A stretch of 64,000 bases of DNA from Candidatus Omnitrophota bacterium (GCA_028716165.1 JAQUQI010000002.1:83228-147227), one strand, 5' to 3'; shown: positions 36,236 through 45,677, numbered from the stretch's first letter. The notes: a model not told the origin generated them from the letters alone. Program-made: numbers and translations.

Positions 36236-37120
36236 TTAAGAAGATTTTTCGTTATACAAAAATTCGCCTTTTTTATAATCATTTCCCTCGCCTTTTACCT
36301 CTTCTACTATAATTGGATTTTTAACGGCATATCTGTCACAGCGCGTGCCTGTTATCTGCCATGATATCTGTTGGTTTGGCCTTCCTCCGGCTATGGTGAA
36401 AGAATTATTCTTTACCCCGTCTTTTATATGCAGGCTTGGCGCTGGCGCTCCCATGGCTGTTAATTGATAGCGAAAGTCTTTATTTAATGCCTCAAAATAA
36501 TCCGGCAGTATTACAACCGCTTCGCCGTTTTTATCAAGGGTAATTGTGCCGTCATAGATATTTTTCATGTCCGGCGATTCAACAAAACTATGCCGTAATA
36601 TTTTGTTTTCCGGATCTAATGGATGGTCAATCAAAAAAGAACCGGCGGTTTTTGTTAGTGTGCCGGTTACCTGCATATTTCCATTTCTTATAAGAGTGGT
36701 ACGATTTAAAAGCATTAGTACTGTTGCTGTTGAGGTATCATACCAATATAAGCCTATTGGTCCCACTGAACATGATCCTAATAGCATATTTAAATCGGGA
36801 AAGTTTATAGCTGTACCTGTCCCATGGCTTAACCGTATGGCCTCATAGAACATTCCCGGCACTATGGCCGTATCAGGCACAATCTCAAGCTTCGCGTTAG
36901 GGCTTGCTGTCCCGATACCGATACGGCCTTCAACAGTAAGCGTTCCGTCTGTAGTTGAAGCCGTGTAGTCGCTTCCTACTGAAAGCGAGTCGTATTCGCC
37001 GTAAGGGGCGGGATAATAAGTGGTTAATGTTATGGTTTCTTCGGCCTTAACGCCCGTGCCTGTTAAAAGCATAAGGCAGAATACCGGAAACATCGTAAAC
37101 ACGGCTTTTTTATCATACAA
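36236..37120 (-). CDS. secreted beta-fibre-like protein, paralog A of the tandem pair (translation start compromised: TTG at 37120 or internal ATG at 37093)
   Basis: After the signal peptide, the N-terminal ~75 residues are near-identical to the downstream paralog. Relative to paralog B, a 1-nt deletion puts its ATG out of frame. Confidence 0.6.
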   Translation of the reverse strand: MYDKKAVFTMFPVFCLMLLTGTGVKAEETITLTTYYPAPYGEYDSLSVGSDYTASTTDGTLTVEGRIGIGTASPNAKLEIVPDTAIVPGMFYEAIRLSHGTGTAINFPDLNMLLGSCSVGPIGLYWYDTSTATVLMLLNRTTLIRNGNMQVTGTLTKTAGSFLIDHPLDPENKILRHSFVESPDMKNIYDGTITLDKNGEAVVILPDYFEALNKDFRYQLTAMGAPAPSLHIKDGVKNNSFTIAGGRPNQQISWQITGTRCDRYAVKNPIIVEEVKGEGNDYKKGEFLYNEKSS

Positions 37121-37188
37121 GTCCCTCTCTATTTTAAGATGAATATGTATTACCTGTTTTAAGCCTGTTAATACATTCATAAATATGC
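36913..37188. repeat. direct repeat copy 1 (~275 bp, ~92% identical to 37862-38135), covering the 5' coding region, RBS and upstream region of paralog A
   Basis: Aligned by eye against the segment upstream of paralog B. Confidence 0.8.
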
Positions 37189-37196
37189 GTAGCAGT

Positions 37197-38066
37197 TTAC
37201 GGCTGTTTATCAAGTTTTTGCCTTAATTCAGTTACTTCGTTTTTTAAAATGTCTATTTGCGCCTGAAGTTCTTTTACGGCATTGACTAAGACGGCGTTCA
37301 AATTCCCGTAAGAGATTCCTTTTTCACCGTCTTTTCCGCTTACGATTTCAGGCACTACCTGTTCCATTTCCTGCGCTATAAATCCGATTTGCCTGGAGCC
37401 GTCTTTTTTTATGGTGAACTTTTTTGGCTGTATCAGCATAATCTCATTAAGGCCGTAATCCAAGTCGGTAATATTTTCTTTAAATGCTATATCAGAGGCG
37501 TTTGTCCATGCCCCGCCCGCACTGCAGTATGCCCCGCTTGCCATATGCAGAGGATACGCCGGGCTTGTTGTCCCTATACCGACATAACCGGTATTAAGTA
37601 TTGTAAGCCTTGCCTGCGGCCCTGTGGCATAAGAATTTGTTGTTGCCAGATACATATGCGTGCCGGCGGCATTGTCCTGGTGGACATAGATACCTGCCTG
37701 CGCGCTGTCTGCCGTCGACTGGCTGAATGTTATGGCGTTTCTTGTATTGCTTGTAAGACTGCGCACTTGTATAGCGCCCCTGTTGGTACTGCCGAAATTA
37801 GGAGCTGTATAAGAGCCTTCTCCCCCATATACTACAAGCGGGGCGTTCGGTGCCTCTGTCTTAATACCGACACTGCCTTCAACAGTAAGCGTCCCGTCTG
37901 TAGTTGAAGCAGTGTAGCCGCTTCCTACTGAAAGCGAGTCGTATTCGCCGTAAGGGGCGGGATAATAAGTGGTCAAGGTTATGGTTTCTTCGGCCTTAAC
38001 GCCCGCGCCTGTTAAAAGCATAAGGCATAATACCGGAAATATCGTAAACACGAACTTTTTTGTCAT
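37197..38066 (-). CDS. secreted tail-fibre-like protein with C-terminal intramolecular-chaperone (Peptidase S74) domain, paralog B
   Basis: Signal peptide MTKKFVFTIFPVLCLMLLTGAGVKA. C-terminal ...SDIAFKENI...IGFIAQEMEQVVPEIV...LNAVLVNAVKELQAQIDILKNEVTELRQKL matches the S74 chaperone domain (RLKENI / GFIAQEV..V.PE / L..AIKEL coiled coil). Confidence 0.7.
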   Translation of the reverse strand: MTKKFVFTIFPVLCLMLLTGAGVKAEETITLTTYYPAPYGEYDSLSVGSGYTASTTDGTLTVEGSVGIKTEAPNAPLVVYGGEGSYTAPNFGSTNRGAIQVRSLTSNTRNAITFSQSTADSAQAGIYVHQDNAAGTHMYLATTNSYATGPQARLTILNTGYVGIGTTSPAYPLHMASGAYCSAGGAWTNASDIAFKENITDLDYGLNEIMLIQPKKFTIKKDGSRQIGFIAQEMEQVVPEIVSGKDGEKGISYGNLNAVLVNAVKELQAQIDILKNEVTELRQKLDKQP

Positions 38067-38135
38067 ACGAGCCTCTCTTTTTAAGATGAATATGTATTGC
38101 CTGTTTTAAGCCTGTTAATACGTTCATCAATATAC
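37862..38135. repeat. direct repeat copy 2 (pairs with 36913-37188)
   Basis: See copy 1. Includes a conserved upstream element TAAGATGAATATGTATTRCCTGTTTTAAGCCTGTTAATAC. Confidence 0.8.
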
Positions 38136-38860
38136 GGGTGAGACCTCAAAATATACGCGACTGATATGCCTTTTTCTTCATCGGACTTAAGCACTTCAAG
38201 GGCCCTTTTCATGCCGTCAGGGTCAAAGCCCGCGCCCGTGGTATATTTTATGGCAAGTTCATCGGCCTGGTATTCATCTTTTCTGCTATAGCCTAACTGG
38301 ACGAGGTTAAAGGCGGTCGCGCCCGCGTAAGCGGCATAACCTGCCTGCTTACTTTTCTTATCATCCTGATTATTCGTATATGCCATAAGCGCTACCGTTG
38401 AGAGCAGTTGATAACCCAAAGATGCCTGCATTTTTTTTACGATATGCCTTGCCGCGACATGGCCTATTTCGTGGCCCATAACAGCGGCAAGCTGATCGTC
38501 GTCAAGCCTGTCATATAAGCCCCTGTAAATATACACATGCCCGCCCGGTATGGTAAAGGCGTTGAGCGTTTTATCCTCTATAAGATAAAATTTATATTCA
38601 AGGTCTCTTCTGTCGGATGCCGCGGCCACTTTTTTGCCTATATTCTCAAGGCGCGATATGGAAGAAGTGTCTTTGCTGATTTTATATTTTTGTTCAATCT
38701 GCGCGGCCGCGCTTTTTCCTATGACTGTCTCCGATGCCGTGTTTATGAATATGGCCTCATTGCACCCTGTAGCGGGATTAAACGTCGTCGCGCATCCGCA
38801 GGCCAGGAGCCCTGATAAAACAACCGTGCCGATAAAAAGAATTTTTGTTTTTTTTGCCAT
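38081..38860 (-). CDS. M48-family zinc metallopeptidase lipoprotein (BepA/LoiP-like)
   Basis: Lipobox LLACGC. HEIGH zinc motif in AVMGHEIGHVAARH. Downstream E for the third ligand. Confidence 0.8.
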   Translation of the reverse strand: MAKKTKILFIGTVVLSGLLACGCATTFNPATGCNEAIFINTASETVIGKSAAAQIEQKYKISKDTSSISRLENIGKKVAAASDRRDLEYKFYLIEDKTLNAFTIPGGHVYIYRGLYDRLDDDQLAAVMGHEIGHVAARHIVKKMQASLGYQLLSTVALMAYTNNQDDKKSKQAGYAAYAGATAFNLVQLGYSRKDEYQADELAIKYTTGAGFDPDGMKRALEVLKSDEEKGISVAYILRSHPYIDERINRLKTGNTYSS

Positions 38861-38895
38861 TTGTTTTTTAATACCTGTTTGTTTTAAACCGTTTT

Positions 38896-40158
38896 TTATT
38901 TAAGCAGTGACAGCATATTTTTCTTGTATGCTTCAACGCCGGGCTGATTAAAGGGGTTGACCTTCAGCAAATATCCTGAAAGCCCCACCGCGCGCTGGAA
39001 GAAATAAAATATCTGCCCCAGGCAAAAGGCCGACCTTTCTTTTACGGATAATGTCATATTGGGCACGCCCCCCTGCATATGCGCCAGGGACGTCCCTTTA
39101 TAAGCCATTTTATTGATAAAGCTTAGGCCCTTGCCAGCCAGATAATTTAAGCCGTCAAGATTATCGTCACATGCGGGCAGGGCGATGTCTTTACTTTTTT
39201 CATCTATAGCAAGAAAGGTCTCAAATATATTGCGTTCGCCTTCCTGTATCAATTGGCCATTGGCATGAAGGTCTGTGGAAAATATTGCGGTAAGCGGCAC
39301 AATGCCTTTGCCGTTTTTACCCTCGCTTTCCGCGTAAAGCTGTTTCCACCACTCAAGCACATAAAGCATTGATTGATGAAAGCTTGCCCCTATTTCTATT
39401 TTTTTACCCATTCTGTATAGTATATTTCTGTAAACCGCGTATTTACAAGACGGGTTCTTTTCCAAATCGCAGGACGCGCTCATTTCTTCCGCGCAGACGG
39501 CGCCTTTGATAAGCTCGTCAATGTCTATGCCGGCTATGGCCATCGGCAAAAGCCCTACAGAAGTCAATACGGAAAATCTCCCGCCTATGTTTTCAGGTAT
39601 AAAGAAGAGCCCGAATCCGTTTTTGCGCGCTATTTGAAAGAGCGCCCCCTTTGATTGCGTAGTTGTGCAGATAACGCGTTTTTTAAGCTCATTTGCCTTG
39701 TAGCGTTTTTTCATTTCATCCATTACCACCCTGAATGCCGCCGCTGGCTCTAAGGTAGTGCCTGATTTTGAAATGACATTAACCGCTATGTCCTGCCCCT
39801 TTAACTCGTCCAGCCTGTTACTAAGGTAATCAGGGTCTATATTGTTTCCCGCGAATATTATTTTTACGCCGCGGGTGATATCCATAAATTCTATGGCCGC
39901 TCTGGCACCCAGATATGAGCCGCCTATACCTATTACAACGCAGGCCTGGCAGGAATTCCTTATAGATGATGCCGCTAATTGTATTTCTTCAATGGATTTT
40001 TTATCTGTCCGGGAAGGAAGGTGCAGCCAACCCAGGTAATCCGACCCCTCTCCCGAACCTTTCTCCAGCATATTATGGCATTCAATGACTTCGGTTTTAA
40101 CTGACTCTAAATCAGCTTTTTTGATGAACTTATCGGCATAGGACGTATCTAATCTCAT
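38896..40158 (-). CDS. pgi: glucose-6-phosphate isomerase (short bacterial type)
   Basis: SIS-domain motifs VIGIGGSYLGARA and ISKSGTTLE. C-terminal catalytic E/H region. 420 aa. Confidence 0.85.
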   Translation of the reverse strand: MRLDTSYADKFIKKADLESVKTEVIECHNMLEKGSGEGSDYLGWLHLPSRTDKKSIEEIQLAASSIRNSCQACVVIGIGGSYLGARAAIEFMDITRGVKIIFAGNNIDPDYLSNRLDELKGQDIAVNVISKSGTTLEPAAAFRVVMDEMKKRYKANELKKRVICTTTQSKGALFQIARKNGFGLFFIPENIGGRFSVLTSVGLLPMAIAGIDIDELIKGAVCAEEMSASCDLEKNPSCKYAVYRNILYRMGKKIEIGASFHQSMLYVLEWWKQLYAESEGKNGKGIVPLTAIFSTDLHANGQLIQEGERNIFETFLAIDEKSKDIALPACDDNLDGLNYLAGKGLSFINKMAYKGTSLAHMQGGVPNMTLSVKERSAFCLGQIFYFFQRAVGLSGYLLKVNPFNQPGVEAYKKNMLSLLK

Positions 40159-40200
40159 TTTCTCCTCTAATGTTTATATAGCTTTGGCCCCCGCTCACCT

Positions 40201-41520
40201 TTACAGCATCTTTGCCGCGATAGAGGCAAGTTCGCTTCTTTCACTGCTCGTCAGCGTTACGTGCCCGAACATGGGCTGGTTTTTCATTTTTTCAACGCAA
40301 TAAGTCAGGCCGTTGCTTGATGAATCAAGGTATGGATTGTCTATCTGGTAAGGGTCGCCGGTCAATACCATTTTCGCGTAATTTCCGGTCCTGGTTATAA
40401 CGGTTTTTATTTCATGGGGCGTCAGGTTTTGGGCCTCATCAATAATTATAAACTGTTTTGGTATGCTCCTGCCCCGCATATACGTAAGGGCTTCAAGCTG
40501 TAAAAGCCCTGTGTCAAGAAGGTCATTTATTGTTTTGAATTTTCCGCGCTGTTTTTTACGGTGCATTGAAAGGATGAATTCAAGGTTATCAAAAATAGGC
40601 TCCATCCAATTCTCAAGCTTTTCTTCTTTTGTCCCGGGCAGATATCCGATGTCCCTGCCCAGCGGCATAATTGGCCTTGATATAAGGAGCCTGTCGTATG
40701 AGGCGTCGTCAAAGACCTTTTGCAGGCCCGCGGCTAAGGCGAGCAGTGTCTTTCCCGTGCCCGCACTGCCGACTAATGTTACAAGCTTGATGCTGTCGTC
40801 GCAGAGCAGTTCCTGCGCCATGACCTGTTCTTTATTGCGGGCATTTATGCTCCATATCTCTTTGCCGCCGTGTTTTATCTGCTGGAACGCTTTTTTATCC
40901 GCGTTATGCCTGGCCAGCGCCGTGTGCTTTTCATTGTCCATATCAGAAAAAAAGGCGAATTCGTTCGGCATGAAGTCAGAAGGCATGCCTTCCTGTATTG
41001 TTTTATGCTCATAGAATTCATCTATTTTCTCTTTCGGCATGCTGATCTTGCGCCAGCCTGTATATAATTTGTCAAAGTCTATTTTTTCTTTTTCAAAGTC
41101 CATTGCTTTGATGCCTATGGCATCTGCCTTGACCCTGGCATTTATGTCCTTTGAAACGAAGATTACCTTCATCTGCTGGCTTTGCAGGAGATACGCTGTC
41201 ATCAATATCCTGTTGTCAGCGACATTGGGCGAAAGCCCCAGCTCTCTTATAGCCGGCGACAAGTCCATATTGGCTATGACACGTATAAGGCCGCCGTTTT
41301 CAGTGGCAACTCCGTTACCAAGCTTTCCCTTTCTTCGGAAAGTATCAAGTTGCCTTATCGCCTCCCTGGCATTGCGGCCTTTTTCATCATGGTCTTTTTT
41401 GAATTCGTCAAGTTCTTCAATTACCTCTATAGGAATGACCACTTCATTGTCCGCGAACGCCAAAAGCGAAGCGGAATTATGCAGCATAACGTTTGTATCA
41501 AGCACGAATATCTTTTTCAT
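40201..41520 (-). CDS. PIN-domain + PhoH-like ATPase (YlaK family)
   Basis: N-terminal PIN domain VLDTNVMLH. Walker A GSAGTGKT and Walker B IIIDEAQN of the PhoH domain. Confidence 0.85.
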   Translation of the reverse strand: MKKIFVLDTNVMLHNSASLLAFADNEVVIPIEVIEELDEFKKDHDEKGRNAREAIRQLDTFRRKGKLGNGVATENGGLIRVIANMDLSPAIRELGLSPNVADNRILMTAYLLQSQQMKVIFVSKDINARVKADAIGIKAMDFEKEKIDFDKLYTGWRKISMPKEKIDEFYEHKTIQEGMPSDFMPNEFAFFSDMDNEKHTALARHNADKKAFQQIKHGGKEIWSINARNKEQVMAQELLCDDSIKLVTLVGSAGTGKTLLALAAGLQKVFDDASYDRLLISRPIMPLGRDIGYLPGTKEEKLENWMEPIFDNLEFILSMHRKKQRGKFKTINDLLDTGLLQLEALTYMRGRSIPKQFIIIDEAQNLTPHEIKTVITRTGNYAKMVLTGDPYQIDNPYLDSSSNGLTYCVEKMKNQPMFGHVTLTSSERSELASIAAKML

Positions 41521-41537
41521 CTACGCCCGCCCTTTCG

Positions 41538-42110
41538 TTATAATTGAAAATCAACTTTCGGCACAGCCTTTGCGGCTGATTCGGCCTCAAAATACTCTGC
41601 CGGTTTATCAAGGCCGCGCATGCGCGCGAATATTCCGCCGGCTATGGTCCTGATGTAACTGTTAAATATCTGGACATTTCTGTTATACCTGTTTCTTTCA
41701 ACCGATATGCGGTTTTCCGTGCCCTCAAGCTGGGCCTGGAGTGAAAGAAAGTTTTGATTAGCCTTTAAGTCGGGATAATTTTCAGCTATAAGCAAAAGCC
41801 TTGATATGGCGCTTTGCATGCCTTCGGCGGCCTTGATTTTATCATCCTGTGTAGACGCCGATGCCCATTGCCCGCGCAGGCGAGTTACCTCGGTAAAAAG
41901 GCCTTTCTCGTGCGAGGCATATCCTTTTACCGTATTGACAAGGTTTGGTATCAGGTCATTACGCCTTTGGAGCTGGTTTTCAACCTGGCTCCACGAAGCT
42001 GTTATCGCTTCATTAAGAATGGCTACCTGGTTAAGCCCTCCGATTACCCAGCCGGCAAGTATGATAATGATAACACCTATCGCGATCAATACTACCCAAA
42101 CGGTCTTCAT
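41538..42110 (-). CDS. lemA: LemA-family membrane protein
   Basis: N-terminal TM helix, then LNQV..., RRNDLIPNLV, ENYPDLKAN LemA motifs. Confidence 0.85.
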   Translation of the reverse strand: MKTVWVVLIAIGVIIIILAGWVIGGLNQVAILNEAITASWSQVENQLQRRNDLIPNLVNTVKGYASHEKGLFTEVTRLRGQWASASTQDDKIKAAEGMQSAISRLLLIAENYPDLKANQNFLSLQAQLEGTENRISVERNRYNRNVQIFNSYIRTIAGGIFARMRGLDKPAEYFEAESAAKAVPKVDFQL

Positions 42111-42166
42111 GCGCTCCTCCTATTGAATTTGTGTTTTTTATATCCTATGGTTTTCGTAGATATTTA

Positions 42167-42976
42167 TTACCAGCGGCCCGATGCTCCTCCGCCGCCGGAA
42201 AATCCTCCCCCGAAACCGCCAAACCCGGAACCGAACCCGCCTCCAGACCCGCCCGGGCCATACCAGTAACCGCCGCGCCTTCGTCCGTTCGGCGTTGTCA
42301 GAAAAAAGAACAAAAGTCCTGAACGCATGCCGAATAAAAGGACAAACAGCAGTAAATATGCCAATGACGAGAGCGGTGACGAGCGTTCTTCTGTCTGTTG
42401 CCGTATGGCAGACATGTTCTCATCAAGGTCAATATTGACATTGTATTCTTTGGCAATAAGGTCAGTGATGGCCAGGATCCCTGCCAGTACCCCTTTTTCA
42501 TAAAGCCCGTTCCTGAATTGTGGGATGATAATTCCGTGGATAATATTGCTTGCAATGGCATCAGGTATCGCCCCTTCCATGCCGTATCCTGTTTCTATCC
42601 TGACGGCTCTGTCAGCCATGGCAAAGAGCAGTAATACCCCATTATCCGAGCCTTTTTGGCCTATGCTCCATTTCTCAAAAAGCCCTGCCGCGTATTGCTC
42701 TATTTCAAGCGGGTTGGTTGTATTAACAATGACAACAGCCAGCTGGGCTCCGGTAAGGGCTTCTATTTGGCTGGCAATGGAAGCGCCTGTTTGCACAGCC
42801 TTTTGGCTTAATGTGCCCGTATAGTCATTAATATAACCGGCGGGTGCCGGGTATGTTTCATTTTCTTCTGTGTATGATGATGAAACAGCAAGAAAAATCA
42901 GGCACAGTATTCCTGCCGCGCTTAAAAAAGGCCTCTTTAATAAAGCTAAACCAAATCTTGCGTCAGGCCTGTTCAT
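42167..42976 (-). CDS. TPM-domain (YgcG-like) protein with C-terminal TM helix and Gly-rich tail
   Basis: TPM phosphatase-like core YINDYTG...LS...AQLAVVIV. C-terminus GGGFGSGFGGFGGGFSGGGG. Confidence 0.8.
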   Translation of the reverse strand: MNRPDARFGLALLKRPFLSAAGILCLIFLAVSSSYTEENETYPAPAGYINDYTGTLSQKAVQTGASIASQIEALTGAQLAVVIVNTTNPLEIEQYAAGLFEKWSIGQKGSDNGVLLLFAMADRAVRIETGYGMEGAIPDAIASNIIHGIIIPQFRNGLYEKGVLAGILAITDLIAKEYNVNIDLDENMSAIRQQTEERSSPLSSLAYLLLFVLLFGMRSGLLFFFLTTPNGRRRGGYWYGPGGSGGGFGSGFGGFGGGFSGGGGASGRW

Positions 42977-43719
42977 AAAACATTATCCGCTATTATGGAT
43001 AGTTTTTCAAGCTGTTCTATAAAACAAAACAAGGCTTCTTCAAGGTTATTGCCGTTGATTTTACCGTCATTTCTTTTGTCCGCGAGTATGTCAGAAAATA
43101 TATCTGTATCAATGTCAAACGCCGTCCCCATGGCCCTTATATTGCCTTCTTTTGTTTGTAAGGCAGGAATGCCCTTTACCCTTAATAATGCTTTGAAGAC
43201 AGGCAATAATCCCGCGAATGAATCCTTTATCAGGGCTTCAATACCTTTACGCCTTTGGCCTATTTCAAGGTAACCCTGCCGCAGCCTTACAAGTTTTCCT
43301 TTTATCTGTTCTTCACATATAAAACGCAGGTTTTTGGGGTCAATATTTATACCGGAAATAATGTCCTCTCCGTATATAAGTATATTATGTTCTTTCATTT
43401 CCATAAACTCTATCGGGAAGGTGTCAAGAGATGACATTATATAGTCCGGCGTAAGGAAAAGAGGCGCGTTAATCCCGCGCCTTATGCCGTCATTGAGTAT
43501 ACCGAGGCTTTTTTTAAGTTCAACGCGGCTTATATGACTGAAAATGACCGCGCTGTTTATGTCGGAGGAGCCCTTTTTGAATTCTTTGCCGGCACAACTG
43601 CCGTATATGAATATAGAAACGATTTTGCCGCTGTGTAATTGCAGGAACCTGTTGAAGTATGGCCCGATCAATTTATAAACATAAACGTCTAATAAGCCGG
43701 TATTCTTTAATTCTGGCAT
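42973..43719 (-). CDS. hypothetical protein with a degenerate polymerase-beta-type nucleotidyltransferase-fold N-terminus
   Basis: IYGSCAGKEFKKGSSDINSAV resembles hGS-x9-13-DhDh, with the second Asp replaced by Asn. First gene of the LemA/TPM operon. Confidence 0.4.
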   Translation of the reverse strand: MPELKNTGLLDVYVYKLIGPYFNRFLQLHSGKIVSIFIYGSCAGKEFKKGSSDINSAVIFSHISRVELKKSLGILNDGIRRGINAPLFLTPDYIMSSLDTFPIEFMEMKEHNILIYGEDIISGINIDPKNLRFICEEQIKGKLVRLRQGYLEIGQRRKGIEALIKDSFAGLLPVFKALLRVKGIPALQTKEGNIRAMGTAFDIDTDIFSDILADKRNDGKINGNNLEEALFCFIEQLEKLSIIADNVL

Positions 43720-43879
43720 AATGATAACCTCTGTTATTTTAACGGATGTATTATATAATAATTACGCGATGCACTCAAGCACCAAATTATATAATGATTT
43801 ATTTGAACATGCTCTAAGATTTTGACAGGATATCGGCGCGGAATAGTATTGTTTGGATGAGATTGTCTGTATTTTTAAT

Positions 43880-43918
43880 AACAAAAAAAGAAGCCCGCTT
43901 AAATATCGCGGGCCTCTT
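43880..43918 (-). terminator. rho-independent terminator after the 531-aa secreted protein gene
   Basis: Stem GAAGCCCGC/GCGGGCCTC at 43890-43916. A-run 43883-43889 on plus gives a U7 tract on minus. Confidence 0.65.
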
Positions 43919-43944
43919 TAATCTGTTCTATGATTTTTTTGTTA

Positions 43945-45540
43945 TTATGCCGCCAATAACGCGTTTTCATACGAATTTATAAATTCCATATGCTCCTGGC
44001 TGTAATCTGATATTATCTCAAACCTCTTGTCTTTTAACAACATGACAAGGGCCTCTATCAAACCTTGCCTGCTCCATGCTATCAAGTCTTCTTCGGCGCT
44101 GGCAAAGACCCTACTCTGGCTTATGTTATTATTAAGCATGAAACCCGCTATTATCAAAGCCGACTGGTCTGGCGTTATTGATGTTTGCTTGAATACGTAA
44201 TTTTCAAATATGTTTTTGTCTATGCCTAATTGGCCTAAAAATATATCCGCAGGCATATTTTCTTTGTTGACTAAATAGAACTTTCTGATATCTCCGGCAG
44301 ATTGTTTTATGACAGCTTGTAAAGCCGGGCTTTCCTTTAACGCGTCGGAATAGACAATTACAGCCTGCGCATTAAGGGGCTTGGCTATATTGTCCTTTGT
44401 AGTAGGCGCGTATGCAAGCAAAGCCTGTGCCATCTGAAGCTGGGCCTCATATTCCGCATCCGGCAGTCTTTCAGGTGTAATGCCGGCTGAAGAGGATTTC
44501 GTCTCCGATATATCTTCTTTCGCGGACAGGGTATACTTCTCTGTAACCGGCTTTTTGGTATCACCGGGGATATTACTGATAGGCGATATATTAGGTATGG
44601 TTGACCTTGGCTTTGTAGAAAATACTTCCCGAATGCCTATTATTTTCTGAAATTTAGCAAAGGCGTTGTTTCTAGGTTGAAGCAAATTCCGGCCCAACGC
44701 TACTTCTCCTGAATGGACGGAGATCAGTGTTACATTCTTTAATTCATCCGGTGCCAGAGGTATATCCGAAGCCAATATTTCAACAATACCGTTTTCTGGT
44801 ATTGTATATTTCTTATTGATTAACCCCCTTGGGCTGTCAGGCGCGTATCCTTGCGGTAGAAGGCGAATATAGAAGTTGATACCGGCCTGTTCTTTGGGAA
44901 ATACCACTTGTAATGTTTTATATCCGCTAAAGTTAAAATTGCCGACTGAAAAACAACTGAACATGCCCTTGTCTTCGCCCCATCTGATAGGTTTATCAGT
45001 TATGACTTGTTCCATGACACATTCAACAGCCTTAGCGCTTGACGGCTCCTCTTGGGAATCCTTGATTAACCTTTTATTCACGTTATATTGCAGAATAGGT
45101 ATGCCTGGTTCCATTTGCGCAGTGAGCCATGTCCAAAAAAAGACGCGAGATAAAATAGCCCAGGGGCTTGGCTTTGCTGATTTTAGGGCATCGGATACGG
45201 CATTGCTAAGCTCTTGACGATTATTGATATTAACGACAGTTCTGCTTTCTGGGCTGATTATTTTTATCTCACTATTTGTTACCGCCTTTGCGGATAAGCG
45301 CCACCCTTTAAAAACCTCATTATTAAGAGCCCAAGCTAATGCCCAAGCGTTGAGGGGGGCTTCAAGTGTGAGTGTAACAATTTTCTCGTTTAGTTCCTTT
45401 TCTATGCCTTTCATTACTATCGGTCCCGCAATCGGAGCCCTTAATGTCCATTCTTGGGCCAAGCCAGGGGTTGCAGACAAAACCGTATTATATAAAAAAG
45501 AAAGCACAATTAATAATGAAACAATTCTTTTGTAGCGCAT
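43945..45540 (-). CDS. large secreted hypothetical protein (orphan)
   Basis: Signal peptide IVSLLIVLSFLYNTVLSATPGLAQE. 531 aa. No recognised domain. Confidence 0.6.
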   Translation of the reverse strand: MRYKRIVSLLIVLSFLYNTVLSATPGLAQEWTLRAPIAGPIVMKGIEKELNEKIVTLTLEAPLNAWALAWALNNEVFKGWRLSAKAVTNSEIKIISPESRTVVNINNRQELSNAVSDALKSAKPSPWAILSRVFFWTWLTAQMEPGIPILQYNVNKRLIKDSQEEPSSAKAVECVMEQVITDKPIRWGEDKGMFSCFSVGNFNFSGYKTLQVVFPKEQAGINFYIRLLPQGYAPDSPRGLINKKYTIPENGIVEILASDIPLAPDELKNVTLISVHSGEVALGRNLLQPRNNAFAKFQKIIGIREVFSTKPRSTIPNISPISNIPGDTKKPVTEKYTLSAKEDISETKSSSAGITPERLPDAEYEAQLQMAQALLAYAPTTKDNIAKPLNAQAVIVYSDALKESPALQAVIKQSAGDIRKFYLVNKENMPADIFLGQLGIDKNIFENYVFKQTSITPDQSALIIAGFMLNNNISQSRVFASAEEDLIAWSRQGLIEALVMLLKDKRFEIISDYSQEHMEFINSYENALLAA

Positions 45541-45677
45541 AGACCCTCCATTTTTGAGTTCATTAATATATTTTAAATGTTTTTAAATACTATCATATAA
45601 ATCATTTGGTGTCAAGTATTAGTTTATCAAATAACAGGTATGCGATTTATAGATAGAAATAGCTTTAGGCGCGGTTT

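Noticed and set aside
36236-37213. ORF-track version of tail-fibre paralog A with a 31-aa N-terminal extension (MINSRKLLRIF...) overlapping paralog B
   Set aside because: The extension is not matched in paralog B, and comparison with B places the start at the TTG (37120) or the internal ATG (37093). The extension is an artefact of reading through the conserved 5' region.
36236-38066. Interpreting the S74-domain proteins as part of a prophage
   Set aside because: No capsid, terminase, integrase, tail-tube or baseplate genes were recognisable within 25 kb on either side. Flanking genes are chromosomal housekeeping genes (nnrE, M48 peptidase, pgi).
41039-41653. 204-aa plus-strand ORF overlapping the PIN-PhoH and LemA genes
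   Set aside because: Antisense shadow ORF that spans the PIN-PhoH start, the 17-nt intergenic gap and the LemA 3' end; low-complexity Ser/Leu-rich translation.
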